Source of the DNA: Hamiltosporidium tvaerminnensis FI-OER-3-3
Taxonomy: Eukaryota > Fungi > Microsporidia
Reading direction: 5' to 3'
Length of the DNA stretch: 64,000 nt
Assembly: GCA_022605425.2 (NCBI GenBank)
Contig: JAKIMF020000004.1
Span: 310,001 to 374,000 of the forward strand
A model generated the notes under the pieces. It saw only the letters and a list, made by a program, of their open reading frames with translations, had not been told where the DNA came from and did no database searches. Below are positions 22,591 through 34,205 of this stretch, piece after piece. The translations under genes and the position numbers were made by a program. Positions within the stretch are counted from its first letter, which is position 1. The number at the start of each line of letters is the position of its first letter.

Positions 22591-22815
22591 AAGACATCTT
22601 AGTTTTATTTACTTCAAAAGTATTTATACGACTTTTCAATTTGTTTCTTAAAAGTAATTTTAAATAAAATTTGTAATAAATTTATAAAAAGTTGCAAGTT
22701 AAATAAATGATGTTATTGTTTATATCTATAATAAGGTTTATTCGTAAAATATTATGAATACTAAGATAATTTTTAATTTATCTATGACCAATATTTTTTT
22801 CAGAAAATAAAATAA

Positions 22816-22898
22816 AATCAACAATTAAAGTTACTAAATTACTTTATTTTTACAATCAACAATTAAAGTTACTAAATTACTTTATTTTTACAATCAAC
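22816..22898. repeat. 38-bp perfect tandem repeat (2.2 copies)
   Basis: aatcaacaattaaagttactaaattactttatttttac x2 plus a partial copy. Confidence 0.9.
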
Positions 22899-22963
22899 AT
22901 TACATTTAGAAAATTCTATAAAATTTTTTGAGTTAAAAATAATCAAATTTTTAAAATTAGAAA

Positions 22964-24094
22964 TCAATGAGGAGGTGATTCTGGTCTAATACTAGACATA
23001 ACACTTTCATAATCAGAGTCGTTTGGTGAGTCAGTTTCAACATTTTTCTTATAAAAATGATTATAAACACTCTGTGCATTTTCCAATTTCTTAATTAAAT
23101 TATTTCTTTCTAATTCTAAATTTTTGATTTTGTTTTCTTTATTTTTTATTTCTTCTTTTGAATTTTTAAGTTTTTCTTCTAAAATTTTTATTTTTTTATT
23201 TAAATCTTCAGATACTTTTTTATATTTGTTTATATCTTCTTTTAAATTTACATAACCACCTTCTTTATCATTCAAATTCTTTTTTACTTCTTTAAGTTCT
23301 AAATTAAGCTTTTTTATGATATCGTTTGCTGTGTTTATTTCACTTTCCATTGTTTTATTGTTTTTATCTAATTCTTCTAGCTTGTATATCAAATTCTCGT
23401 TTTTAACTTCTTGTATTCTTTTCTTTTCAATTTCATACTCTAAACTTGCTTTGTCTTTTTCAGATTGAATTAATTTTGAATTGATTTTTTCAATTTCTCG
23501 ATTTTTTTCATTACATTCTGCATTTAAAGATCCATTTTCTTTATAAAGCCGTTCAATTTTTTTTTGTAAATTTGAATAGTCTTCCTCTAAATATTTTAGG
23601 CGCTCTTTCATTTCTCGATCACCAGATTTTACAGTTTCTTTTAAAAATGAATTATCTTTTATTAATTTAATATTATCTGTTTCTAATCTTGTTATTAAAT
23701 CAGATAAATAATTTTTATAATGATTCTCATCTGGTTTACAAAACTTTAATTCCAATCTCACAATATTTCTAAATTCATTTTTTTCTAAAAACATAAATTT
23801 ATTATTGTTTCGTGATAAAACACCTATTAGTTGTCCCTTGGATAACATATGAAACATTTCAATAAGTTTTCTAACAAATTTTTCAAAATCAACCCGAATA
23901 TCCTGCTCTCTTTTTAATATATAAAATTCTCCAGCAGATATAGAACACAAATAAAAAGTAAAAATATCTTTTGTGTCAATAAGACGTATTTCTATTTTAT
24001 CATCTACCCTTACAACATCACATTTCATCATTGATGGAATATCCTCATTTAAACAGGATATTGCTACTTTTCCTGTAAATATCGGCTCACGCAT
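22964..24094 (-). CDS. SAS6: SAS-6 (centriolar cartwheel protein) homolog
   Basis: Head domain IEIRLIDTKDIFTFYLCSISAGEFYILKREQDIRVDFEKFVRKLIEMF and FLEKNEFRNIVRLELKF match SAS-6 PISA and motif II, followed by about 220 aa of coiled coil and a short disordered tail. CCC motif upstream (GGG at 24109-24111 on +). Confidence 0.85.
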   Translation of the reverse strand: MREPIFTGKVAISCLNEDIPSMMKCDVVRVDDKIEIRLIDTKDIFTFYLCSISAGEFYILKREQDIRVDFEKFVRKLIEMFHMLSKGQLIGVLSRNNNKFMFLEKNEFRNIVRLELKFCKPDENHYKNYLSDLITRLETDNIKLIKDNSFLKETVKSGDREMKERLKYLEEDYSNLQKKIERLYKENGSLNAECNEKNREIEKINSKLIQSEKDKASLEYEIEKKRIQEVKNENLIYKLEELDKNNKTMESEINTANDIIKKLNLELKEVKKNLNDKEGGYVNLKEDINKYKKVSEDLNKKIKILEEKLKNSKEEIKNKENKIKNLELERNNLIKKLENAQSVYNHFYKKNVETDSPNDSDYESVMSSIRPESPPH

Positions 24095-24269
24095 TCAGGT
24101 GTTTTAAAGGGTTTCGTTTATCTTAAAAAATTATAAACAATTTATTTTTTTAAAAAAATATGAAAATTTTTAGATAAACAATAATATATTTTAATAGGCT
24201 TTCATTTCAGTTTATTTAAGACACAAAGCTTCATCAAAACTCACCGCATATAAAATTTCTTAGATTGTC

Positions 24270-24490
24270 TGCTTTTTTTTTATTTTACTAATCAAATCTA
24301 TTTATTGCAAATGCTTCAACTAAAGAAGAAAGTAATTTAAATTTTGAATTTCGTAGATAATCTATTTTTTTTTTATTTTACTAATCAAATCTATTTTTTT
24401 ACAATTACTTCACTATATAGGAAAAAAGAATATGAATTTTGAATTTCGTAGATAATCTATTTTTTTATTATTTTACTAATCAAATATTTT
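24270..24490. repeat. Imperfect ~95-bp tandem repeat upstream of SAS-6
   Basis: ttttactaatcaaat occurs three times and aattttgaatttcgtagataatctattttttt twice. Confidence 0.75.
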
Positions 24491-24558
24491 TATTGTGATT
24501 TCTTAAGGTAAAAATATAAAGAATACAATATTTAAATTTATTTATATCTTTTGTATTA

Positions 24559-25967
24559 GTGTACTCCGACTAGAACCGGCTGACTTCTCTAAGTTAGATG
24601 ATGCGGTGCGTGCAGTGTTAGTAAAGAACAAAATACATCTGCGCCCAGGATGCAAAGAACGTCTATACCTTCCACGTAAAGAACTTGGAAGAGATTTACA
24701 TAGTGTCGAGTTCAAAAGCGAACATATGCTTTTGCAACTCTTGGATTGCCTGGAAAAACATAAAGATACATCGACCAGAAGAGCAGCAATCCTAAAGGTT
24801 GAGAATAATAATAAAACCCACCTTTCACTAATTAAAAACTTTTTAAAAATAAAATACGGGTTGGAAGAGGAAGTCACAAAAAAGAAATTGGAAGAAGCTC
24901 AACTAGCTAACCTATATAACGAAATCAAAATTCGAAAACTACATTCAAAGTTATATAGCGCTAGAAATAACGAGCTGGTAAGTGTAAATGACTCCTCAAG
25001 ATGGTTAAAGAAAGGAAGTGTAAGACCACGTGATGAAGCAGTGTTCTGTTATATCCAGGATAGAAATGTATTCTGGGGTGCAGAAGGTATGTGTCAACAC
25101 TGCAACCAGTCTAGGAAAACTGTTGATCACTTAGCAACGAGATGTGAAAAAATGCTTGGTCATGACTATACTAGACGACATAATGAAGTGGTACGATGTA
25201 TACATTTACTCTTGCTGAATAAATATAAGTTTAAGTCTTCGAAACGAATTAGAAGCCACTCAGTTCAAGAAATTCTTGATAACGAATATGCAGAGATAAG
25301 AGTGGACACCAGAATAAAAACTGATGTCAAGATCCGGTGTAACAGACCAGATATATTTATTTTAGACAAGAGACAGAATAGGATAACCCTCATTGAAGTA
25401 GGAATCACATCCCAAGACTCTCTTCAAATAGTTGAAACAGAGAAGCTTGGGAAGTATGACCTATTAGGAAATGAGTTAGGTCTTATTTATAAATGCAGTG
25501 TAGAGATAATTCCTTATGTGATGACCTGGGACGGTATTGTGACAAAATACCATAAGACGTATGTTAAGAGACTGCAAATACCCATGAATGTAGAGGCATA
25601 TATACAATCCATAGTACTCAAGAAGACAGTCGAAACAATTTCTTTTGATCGACGAAGAGGACTTGAGTCTGGTCCAAATGCCGAGGAGAGCTGGGAGAGA
25701 GCATCATTAAGTGTTATCTTAGGAGCTGAGATGCATAAACAACCAATACCCCCTTTAAAGCAAGTAGACAACGAGGAAGATGATGTTAAAACGGAAAATA
25801 CAAAAAATATTTTACCCCTTATTTTGGATGGCATAACCACAGCAAAGGAACCAACAACTAATACAAATGAAGAGTTGGAGTTGGAGGAAGAGATAGAAGT
25901 GGTTGAAATGGTGGAAAGAAATATTTAAAAAGAAAAATTTGTTAACCCAGAATTTTATTAAATAAAA
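24559..25967 (+). mobile_element. 5'-truncated R4-like RLE non-LTR retrotransposon (second subfamily; open ORF 24606-25928)
   Basis: CCHC knuckle CQHC..TVDHLATRC, RHNEV, and PD-(D/E)xK nuclease RPD..IEVG..K..KY. 3' end aacccagaattttattaaataaaaa. 13-bp TSD atcttttgta(t/g)ta at 24546-24558 and 25968-25980. Confidence 0.93.
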
Positions 25968-28268
25968 ATCTTTTGTAGTATATTAAAACTTTTTTTAGTA
26001 TATTTGAAAATTTTATTCGATATATATTGTCGTTCTTACGATTTTTAATTAAATTATTTATTTATAGAATAGATTCAGATATTAGATCGTGAGCACAATA
26101 AATAGTTGTTAATATTTTAAATTATTCTTGTTTATTTAAATAATGAGATTTTCCATCGATAATATTGATCTGTATTTCTTTGAATATACCTAAAATACTA
26201 AGTTATTGATAAAATTATTATATTTCTCTTACTTAGATATAAGTTTAAATATAAAAAAATTAGAATTTAAGTTGAATTATACTCTATTAGTATTGGTACT
26301 TTACATAATTTTTCAGATCAAAGTTTTAAAAATGTATAAAAATTGCAAACAAAGTCAGCAGATAACCAATCAGAAAAACATTAACTCAGATTCATATTAC
26401 TATTAAGAAAAAACCGTTATACAAATGCAAAAATTTTGTAACTAAGGCACAAAAGCAAAGCACATATTATATAGCCTATATATAACACATTTGGCCAAGC
26501 GTTTTTTTTCGTATATTAAATAAAGAAGAACTATTAAAATTGAGGAAGACAGGGGTATTTCTAAGCGAGGAAACAAACTATACCTTTGCGTCTAATAAAA
26601 CACTAAAGAAATTTTTCTTCAAGTACAGGAAAAAACAATGTAAATGTGGCATTTAGATTTCTTTTTTGAAAAATACTAGCAGAAGAGTCGCAATATTGAA
26701 TGCGTATACTTATAATAAAAACTGTTTTGCAACCCAAAAAAAGTAATCCGAGTAAAAGATACGGTTGGATTGTAGCGAAACAAAACGAACAAGTAATACT
26801 TAACCTATTTATTTCTTTAATAGAATAAATTTTCAAAGAAACCAAACTATAAGTTTCTATGCTACAATTAATTACTTGCTTCTTTATTTAATTTCCCGAT
26901 TAAAGAAGAAGTAATATCAAGCTTGTAAGATTTATAGTTTTACAATAAAATTTTTCACTGGAATGAAGGAAGAAGAAGGTAAGAGTTATATTTTTTATAG
27001 CACAGAAAATCCAATATAGATTACATGGTTTACATGAAAAAACCTCATGAATCGTCTATATCCAAGGTCATAGTTTGTGGTTTTGCTATTTAGATTCCCT
27101 CAATATATATAATATAAATATATTCTAGGACGTATACAAAGAAATTTAGTTCAAGAAATTCTTTAAAATGATTGAGCTGAAGTTGTGTTTGAGAAGAAAT
27201 ATAAAAGAATTGAAAGATATTAAATAACATAAACTAAACATTCTTTTGAAGGGATTAAAGTTTCTAATAGGCTGGCGTTTTTTTGTGTAAAAATGCATCT
27301 ACACGTTTATCAGATGATTTATAATCGAAATCACAATGTATTTGATTTACCTGTGAACGGTTTATTTTTATACAAGCGATTATGCTCGTAAAAGCAGACT
27401 TACTTTTCCGTACAAAAAAAATAAATAAACTAAAACTAGATTATCTTTTTAAACTTTATTACCGAAACTATAATTAATTTGACTTTTTAATTAGGCCTTT
27501 TCTCTTCTTATTCCGTGTACTGGCATAAATTTTTTAGTATTTCATACCTTTATTCTTACCGCCCTTGAACAATTTCTCAATAAAATTCTAGGATCTTTTT
27601 TTAAAACCACATTTTTGTTCTTCCGTTTTATTTGATTTTAAATTTTTAGTGTTTTAGAACATTACTTGTTTTTTGCAGATTTAAGGCTACCACCTATTTT
27701 CAATACATTCCGATTTACGTTTCCTTACCTCTAAGATGTGAGAATTTTTTTGTCTAAAAAAATGTCCTACGCTTCATTATGTGCAAGTAAAGTCGTTAAA
27801 AATAAAACTTTCATATTAATTTCACAAAAAACGTTGAATTTAATTTAGTATATTTATTTCATGATATATTCTAAAAAAATAATTTCTGGAACAAGACTTT
27901 AAAAAATATATTCAATATTGGTATTGATTATGTACAGGTAAAACTGCTTAAAAAGAAAACTGAACAAAGAAACTCAATCTGATTGTTACTTTTAAAAATT
28001 AAAATAAAACTTTAAAAAAATGAAAAAAAATTTCGGTTATTATGATTTACTAGAGTCTAAGAGGGATACTTAATAATACTTGGTTCAAATATTTTTTTTG
28101 AAATTATCAAAAGTTTATAATTGTTTCAAGTTCTATCTCTGCACACTATTTTCAGTTGTTTTAAAAATTTGAACAAAAATATGTAAGTTTATATTTTAAA
28201 TCAGAACACTATGTATCTGATGTCTTACATTTTTCATACCAATTAAATCTTTCGAGATGATTCTTCGG

Positions 28269-28498
28269 TCATTCATTCATTCTCATCATTATAGTCCTGT
28301 ATGAGTCTTGGCATCTCTCAGTAAATCCGCCTACCGGTCCCCTTCTAGTGGGTTCGTTCACTTTTTTGAGTTTTGTAACAATCTGGTTTTAACGAGGGGT
28401 TGAAGCCACACCTCTAACCGGAGAACTAGTCCCTTTTAGTCACCTCTTACGACAAGCAGGGAATACTTTAAGCCAATTTTGTTCCCGAAATCTTCGCC
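28269..28498 (-). mobile_element. Bipartite RTE-derived SINE-like element, copy S3
   Basis: Minus strand reads aattggcttaagtattccctgcttgtcgtaagaggtgactaaaagggac...ttgttacaaaac... with a (GAAT)n tail. Confidence 0.75.
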
Positions 28499-29088
28499 AT
28501 CGTTACATCACTCAATTATATAAATGAAAAAAACATATTGTACAAAAAAAGTAATACATGCAATTTAATTGGTATTGTATGCAGTTCTTGTAAAATATAG
28601 ATCAGCACAGCAAAGTATTCTAAATTAATGAATTAATAAAATCATAGTAAAAAAATTTGGATCAAATTTAACTTCTATAGATAAGACCAAGCCACTTGTA
28701 ATATGAAAATAATCGTAAAAATGTGTGATGATAGTTATAAGAGATATAAACACAAATAAGACATTTATTCATCACAAAATAAATATATAAGAAAAAAGTA
28801 CAATTTAAAAATATAAAAAAATCCAATTTCTTCGCAAATTAAATAAGAGAAAGTAAATCATTTTTAAATCGAAAAAAAGTCAAATATAAATAATATATCG
28901 TAGAAGCAATTTAGAACAATGAAAAAATACATCGAAGTATTATTTAATAATTTTTCGGGATAATTTATTAGGCTTAGATTTTTTTTAAAAACTTTACTTT
29001 ATTTAGTAAACATATAAATTGAGAATAAATTAGTTTCTACAAACAGAATATTGAATTTATTTAAATTAAAATATTCTAACCTTCTTTA

Positions 29089-30813
29089 ATGAGAGATATT
29101 TTTCTGAATCTACGTTCAATGATAAATTTTCTTTTTGCACTTATTTCAAGTTCTGATACAGACATACCTTCCTATAATGAAATGAGAATTCCGCAAGTTC
29201 TATATACGAGCAATCGAGGAAACCATTATGAATATCTTACCAATGAAATCATGAATAAGGATACATCATGTGTTCCTTATCGTTGTAATCCACAAAGAAG
29301 CATACGTTTCGGAAGTAATTATTGTAATGCAACCAACGAAGAAACTTTAATAAGTACTTACGAATCAACTTCATGTGCCAGTGTACCGAATGTAAATCAC
29401 CAAGATTTGAACATGGCTAACATAACAACACTTGCTTTACCAATATTTGAAATTCTGGAACTATCAGCAAAGACAAAGACCCTAATCTCCCACTTCATTC
29501 AAGAAAAAAAAAATGATCAAGAAACCTCATATATTATTCGTGAATTGATTTACACTATATTCTTGCTCGAAAATTTTTATTCTGATTCAAATCGTAACCT
29601 TTCCATTAATACTAGTGCAATTTCTACATCCAATTTCAAACATGGTCTATTTTACTTTCAAATATATAGTGAACAATATAGATTTGTCGAAAGTACAACA
29701 ATAATCTTTGATTTTCATCACCTAATTTCAAATCTTATAGATGAAGTCAGATATTTAAATAGTTTTCATTTTAATGAGGAGATGATATCGAATATATCTA
29801 AATACATTGAATCAATAGAAAACAAGGAAGCGGAATATATCGCCATGTTTCCGAGAAATTATGATGGTTTTAGGAATGTCTGGCTCACAGAAATCGAAAA
29901 CATTTTAACAGATGATGATGCTTCAATATTAATGCAACTTTTTCCAGAATTTAATGGTTTGAAAGCTTATATTTTAAAAAACCAAAATACTGTTCCAAAT
30001 AGGAATAATTATCATGTATCATCATTGCTTCTTTTAAAATATCTTTTTGCAAATAAATATATTTTAAATATTAAAAATGAATTTCTAGCTTATAAAAAGA
30101 ATCTAGACTATAATAAATATTGGTTGTTCAAATATTTATGTGATAAAAAAATTATTTTTGAAATTTTGCATTTATTCATAAGAAAAACGGTTTCGAATTT
30201 AAATGCCATAAATATTTCTTTGATAATCTATTCAACCGAAAGAATTATTCTATTTAAAAATAGAAAGAGAATGATATATGATGTTTTGAACAACATTAAT
30301 TTCATTAGATCAGTGATTTTTCTTGTTGATGACAACATCATAAAAGATTTTCACAAAATATATTATTTGATATTAAATAATGTTTTATTTTATAATAATA
30401 ATTGTATTAGAGAGAGAACAGATTATAAAATGTTTGAAATTGAAAAATTATTTAATAATGAAAACTTACTTAAAATATTAGAGTATCATTTAGAAATATT
30501 TTACTCAAATCATAGTATATTTAAGAAAAAGTATGAGCTTTCGAAATCTAAATATCGGAATGCATTCAGAATGTATAAGAACCTAGATAACTTTGATTTA
30601 ATCAAACAAAAAATAATTAAAAAAAACACACTTTTCCAATTCGATTTGAAGGATGGAAATTATATTTTTGGCGTATTTAAAATGATATTAATGGTTAAAA
30701 GTATAAATGATAGGTTGTGTTCATTTATATCAGGCGATTTTCAGATATATTCTTTAAGAAACGAAATGAACAGACTAAAATCATATAAATTATTTGTAAA
30801 TAAATTACTTTGA
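29089..30813 (+). CDS. Lineage-specific hypothetical protein, possibly secreted (alternative start 29119, MINFLFALISS)
   Basis: 574-aa uninterrupted ORF in very AT-rich DNA with a short hydrophobic N-terminus and no recognisable domain. Confidence 0.75.
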   Translation: MRDIFLNLRSMINFLFALISSSDTDIPSYNEMRIPQVLYTSNRGNHYEYLTNEIMNKDTSCVPYRCNPQRSIRFGSNYCNATNEETLISTYESTSCASVPNVNHQDLNMANITTLALPIFEILELSAKTKTLISHFIQEKKNDQETSYIIRELIYTIFLLENFYSDSNRNLSINTSAISTSNFKHGLFYFQIYSEQYRFVESTTIIFDFHHLISNLIDEVRYLNSFHFNEEMISNISKYIESIENKEAEYIAMFPRNYDGFRNVWLTEIENILTDDDASILMQLFPEFNGLKAYILKNQNTVPNRNNYHVSSLLLLKYLFANKYILNIKNEFLAYKKNLDYNKYWLFKYLCDKKIIFEILHLFIRKTVSNLNAINISLIIYSTERIILFKNRKRMIYDVLNNINFIRSVIFLVDDNIIKDFHKIYYLILNNVLFYNNNCIRERTDYKMFEIEKLFNNENLLKILEYHLEIFYSNHSIFKKKYELSKSKYRNAFRMYKNLDNFDLIKQKIIKKNTLFQFDLKDGNYIFGVFKMILMVKSINDRLCSFISGDFQIYSLRNEMNRLKSYKLFVNKLL

Positions 30814-30914
30814 TTTTTATCTATATATTTATAAATTATGTTTGTAACAGTATTTTGAGGGTAATTCTTATATTTCAATTTTACTGCTCTTATAGGTAGA
30901 AACTTCATCTCGGT

Positions 30915-31113
30915 TTATTCATTCATCTTCGGCACTACAACCGTGCACGATTCCTGGCCTATCTCAGTAATGCCACCTACCGGTTTATTTCTTTGACCAC
31001 ATCAGGTAGTTTTTAAATTTTAAGTTTGGGCTCATTTATTTTTTTGCGTTTCGTAACAATGTGGTTTTAAAGAGTGGGTTTTAGCACGGCGCTCAACCCA
31101 ACCTAGAGAACCA
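30915..31113 (-). mobile_element. RTE-derived SINE-like element, 5'-truncated copy S4
   Basis: gtttcgtaacaatgtggttttaaa, cctaccggt, cttcggcactac and an (ATTC)n tail shared with S1-S3. Confidence 0.65.
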
Positions 31114-31579
31114 CATCTCAGTTTATATAATAACTTAATATTTTAGTAGCTTGTATATTTTCGCAATTTAATATACTCTTATAACTTTCAGAAAACTAGG
31201 TAACGTTTTCGTTTGTTATCATTAAAATATTATATTGATAAAGAGTAAGTTGGTCTGAAGAAAACCCTATTTTTGCGATTTTTGTCTGTTATAAACCATT
31301 TTTCTTTTGGAGGACTATTGCTAGATTCAATCTTATATAAATAATTATTTTTTGAATTAAAATAAATATTTATGCAATTTTATTTGTATCTATATATTTT
31401 GAAGCACATTTAGAATTTTAATTATTCGATGTTATTATATTTATAAAACAGGCGCAAATCCTTAAAGATAGATCCCTATCTCATCTAATAAACCACATTC
31501 ACCCATCCTTATAATTTAAGAACAAATTTGCTTTATAAAAGAATAAGATTTTTAAAATAATAACAAAAACATTACGCAA

Positions 31580-32296
31580 ATATTTAATAAGTATCACATC
31601 TCTTTTTGAAAGTAGCATACTTTCAATTTTTTTTCATATCACAAAAGCAGACCTAGCTTTAATATTGATAATTTCCTCACTTGGCACTTCATAGTATCTC
31701 TTATATACCTCATTCTAATTTCTTTCATCTAAAATATGTAAACCCATCTAATAGGCTGAACATTTTCCTGTAGATTAGTTCATGTCTGCGGAATGAAGGC
31801 AATGTAATCAATAGCACATATTAGGTTCGTTTTGGAATCAACAGCCTTTCTTTTTCTCAAGATCTTTTGAATAAACGAATTCTAGCCAATATATGTATCT
31901 ATGGCTTATAAGGGATCTAACTAGAAGTCTCAATGTCATACCAGCAAGTACATTTTACTACTTATCCTTTCTAGATTTTCAAAGGTTATGCTTTTTCTTG
32001 TATCACCCAGATGCTTAATATTCCTAACCACATTGAACAAAGATAGGCTTTTAGGCTTTTAAATCTTGATTAAATCATGTTCATTTGTAATTTATCACTT
32101 GGTTACACAAAAAACTTCAACCACTTTTTAGAAAATTTTTCAGGATAATATAGATCTTGGTTTCATAATAAATTATTGCGGAACGACGCATAAAATGCAG
32201 TGGTTTTGCTCTCACTAAACCATAACCAGTTATTTCCACAAAAATCAGATACTTTTTACCGAGCATATGGTCTTAATATGGTATTCCCTCTCTACC
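31580..32296 (-). repeat. ~720-bp structured dispersed repeat, decayed copy E (head-to-head with copy D)
   Basis: tattta.taagtatcaca, ctttcatcta, ttctagc, caatgtcatacca, ggttacacaaaaaact, gtggtttt and ccctctcta are collinear with copy C. Confidence 0.7.
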
Positions 32297-32345
32297 TCAA
32301 AAAAACATAGATAAATAATTTAATTTAGTTATTTTGTCTTTTAAA

Positions 32346-33073
32346 TGTGGAAGGTGGATAACCACAAAAAAACTTTCTGCTTGGTAATGAGTATGTGAAA
32401 AAGTTATGAAGATCATTGTTTGAATTTTGAGTGGACATAAAACCACACTATATTTCCAGTTTTCCATGAGTGTTTGTATGAAGAGAGGATGGGGATGGTC
32501 TATGAAATGCTGAAACTTTTTGTAATTATTTTTCTTGTAGTTTTTTTTGTAACTGGATAAAAGAACGAAGCAGAAGTTATAAGAGAACGCCAGTTGAAAA
32601 CATGGGAACCATGCATTGCTCACTCGGGTTATAAGAATCGACGCCTGTGAGCTATATAAACCAAAACCATTCAAAGCAAGAAAAGCATAGTAGAGGTTAT
32701 ACCTGTTGGTATGAAATTGCACTATCTAGGTTAATCACATATAAATTGCGGAGATATATCTTGGCTGAAAGTTTATAAGTTCAAAATTATAGAGAAAGTA
32801 GAAATGCTGCATGGTCTTAGGGAGCTCAGGCGGTTTTCGATATACTCTCACACTCATGCAACGAACATTAACGAAATACAGGCAACCTCCTCAACTCTTA
32901 ATTGGGTTCTATACATCTTTTAGATGAAAGGCTTTAGATGTAGGAATTGTAGGAGTACCGATAGAGTATGCGAGTAGCAGTTATTTATGTTAAACCCAGA
33001 ACTGAGTTAATGACATGAAAAAAAATATAAAACTTGCAATTGTTTTAAAAAGAGGTGATATTTTTAAATAAAG
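32346..33073 (+). repeat. ~720-bp structured dispersed repeat, copy D
   Basis: Begins TGTGGAAGGTGGATAACCAC, ends GTGATATTTTTAAATAAAG; aligns end to end with copies A and B. Confidence 0.88.
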
Positions 33074-33109
33074 ATTTTGCCTCCAATAGTTAATTTAGTT
33101 AAATGATTC

Positions 33110-34205
33110 TTAATTGGATTAAAATTTGCGTTAACAAATTTTATCTCTTTTGAATTATTTCTTTAAAAATTTTACCTCTTCATTAACATCATCCCGCCCA
33201 AAATTATCTTTTATGTTTATTGTTGCATGTTTTAATGTAGTTCTTTATCTGAAATAAGCGGCGTATTATTTTTGTTTTTAATTCTTAACATTATCTTCCT
33301 CGTTAATCGCTTGTTTTAAAGAATGTATTGTTTCCTCTTGTTTCTGCCCGCTCTTAATACTACTCATTAATACACTTTTCGAGATTTTTTTTACCTTTCG
33401 TCACAACTCAAGTCTTTTCCGTCAATCAAAGGAAATTGTTTTTACAGTCTTCTTAAGTCTGTCAACAGAACGCATGCCCTTGATTCCATAAGTATTTGCA
33501 CACTGTTTAGATATTACTTATAGTAGTTTGCCACAGTTCATCACATAAGGAATTATCTTTATACTACACTTATAAATAAGACCTAACTTATTAGCTAGCC
33601 GATCATTCTTCCTAAGTTTTATACTTTCAAACATATCGATTGAAACTTGGAAATAAATTCCTAATTAAATGGGTTTTATCCTGTTCGCACCTTATCTAAA
33701 ATGAATATTTCGTGTCTATTATTCTGAATCCTTACATCAGTTTTGATTCGAGTACCCCCCTCTTATTTCTGCACATTCATTTTCAAGAATTTCTTGAACT
33801 AGTGACTCTTAATTCATTTGATAGACTTGAATTAATATTTATTTAGTAGAGTAAGTACATGCATCGTACCTCTGCATTATGCTATTTTGTGTAGCTATTA
33901 CTAAGTATTTTCTCACGTCGAGTCGCTAAATGATATACTGTTTTACCAGATTTATTACAGTCTTGACACGTAATTTCTGCACCCAGGGATACATTTATTT
34001 ACTGAATGAAGCAGAATATTGTTCCATCAGATGGCCTGTCATTTACTTTCTTTAACCATCTGAAAACGTCACTAATATTTTCAAGCGCATTCTTTCTGGA
34101 ATTATATAACTAGAAATGAATTTTTCGCTTTTTTATTTCAGAATATAAGTTAGCTAGTTGAGGATTTTCTAATTTCTTCTTCGTGACTTCCTCTTCTAAT
34201 CTATA
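33110..34205 (-). mobile_element. Decayed 5'-truncated R4-like RLE LINE
   Basis: Nucleotide similarity to 24860-25960 (tcaagaatttcttgaact, tcacataaggaattatct, ctagttgag..ttctaatttc); many stops. Confidence 0.8.

Noticed and set aside
24542-25840. Antisense ORFs in LINE copies (24542, 25514, 39793, 39944, 42904, 50867)
   Set aside because: They recur only because the copies are near-identical; no domain signal.
32297-32722. 141-aa minus-strand ORF within repeat copy D
   Set aside because: Not conserved as an open frame in the other six copies; chance ORF.
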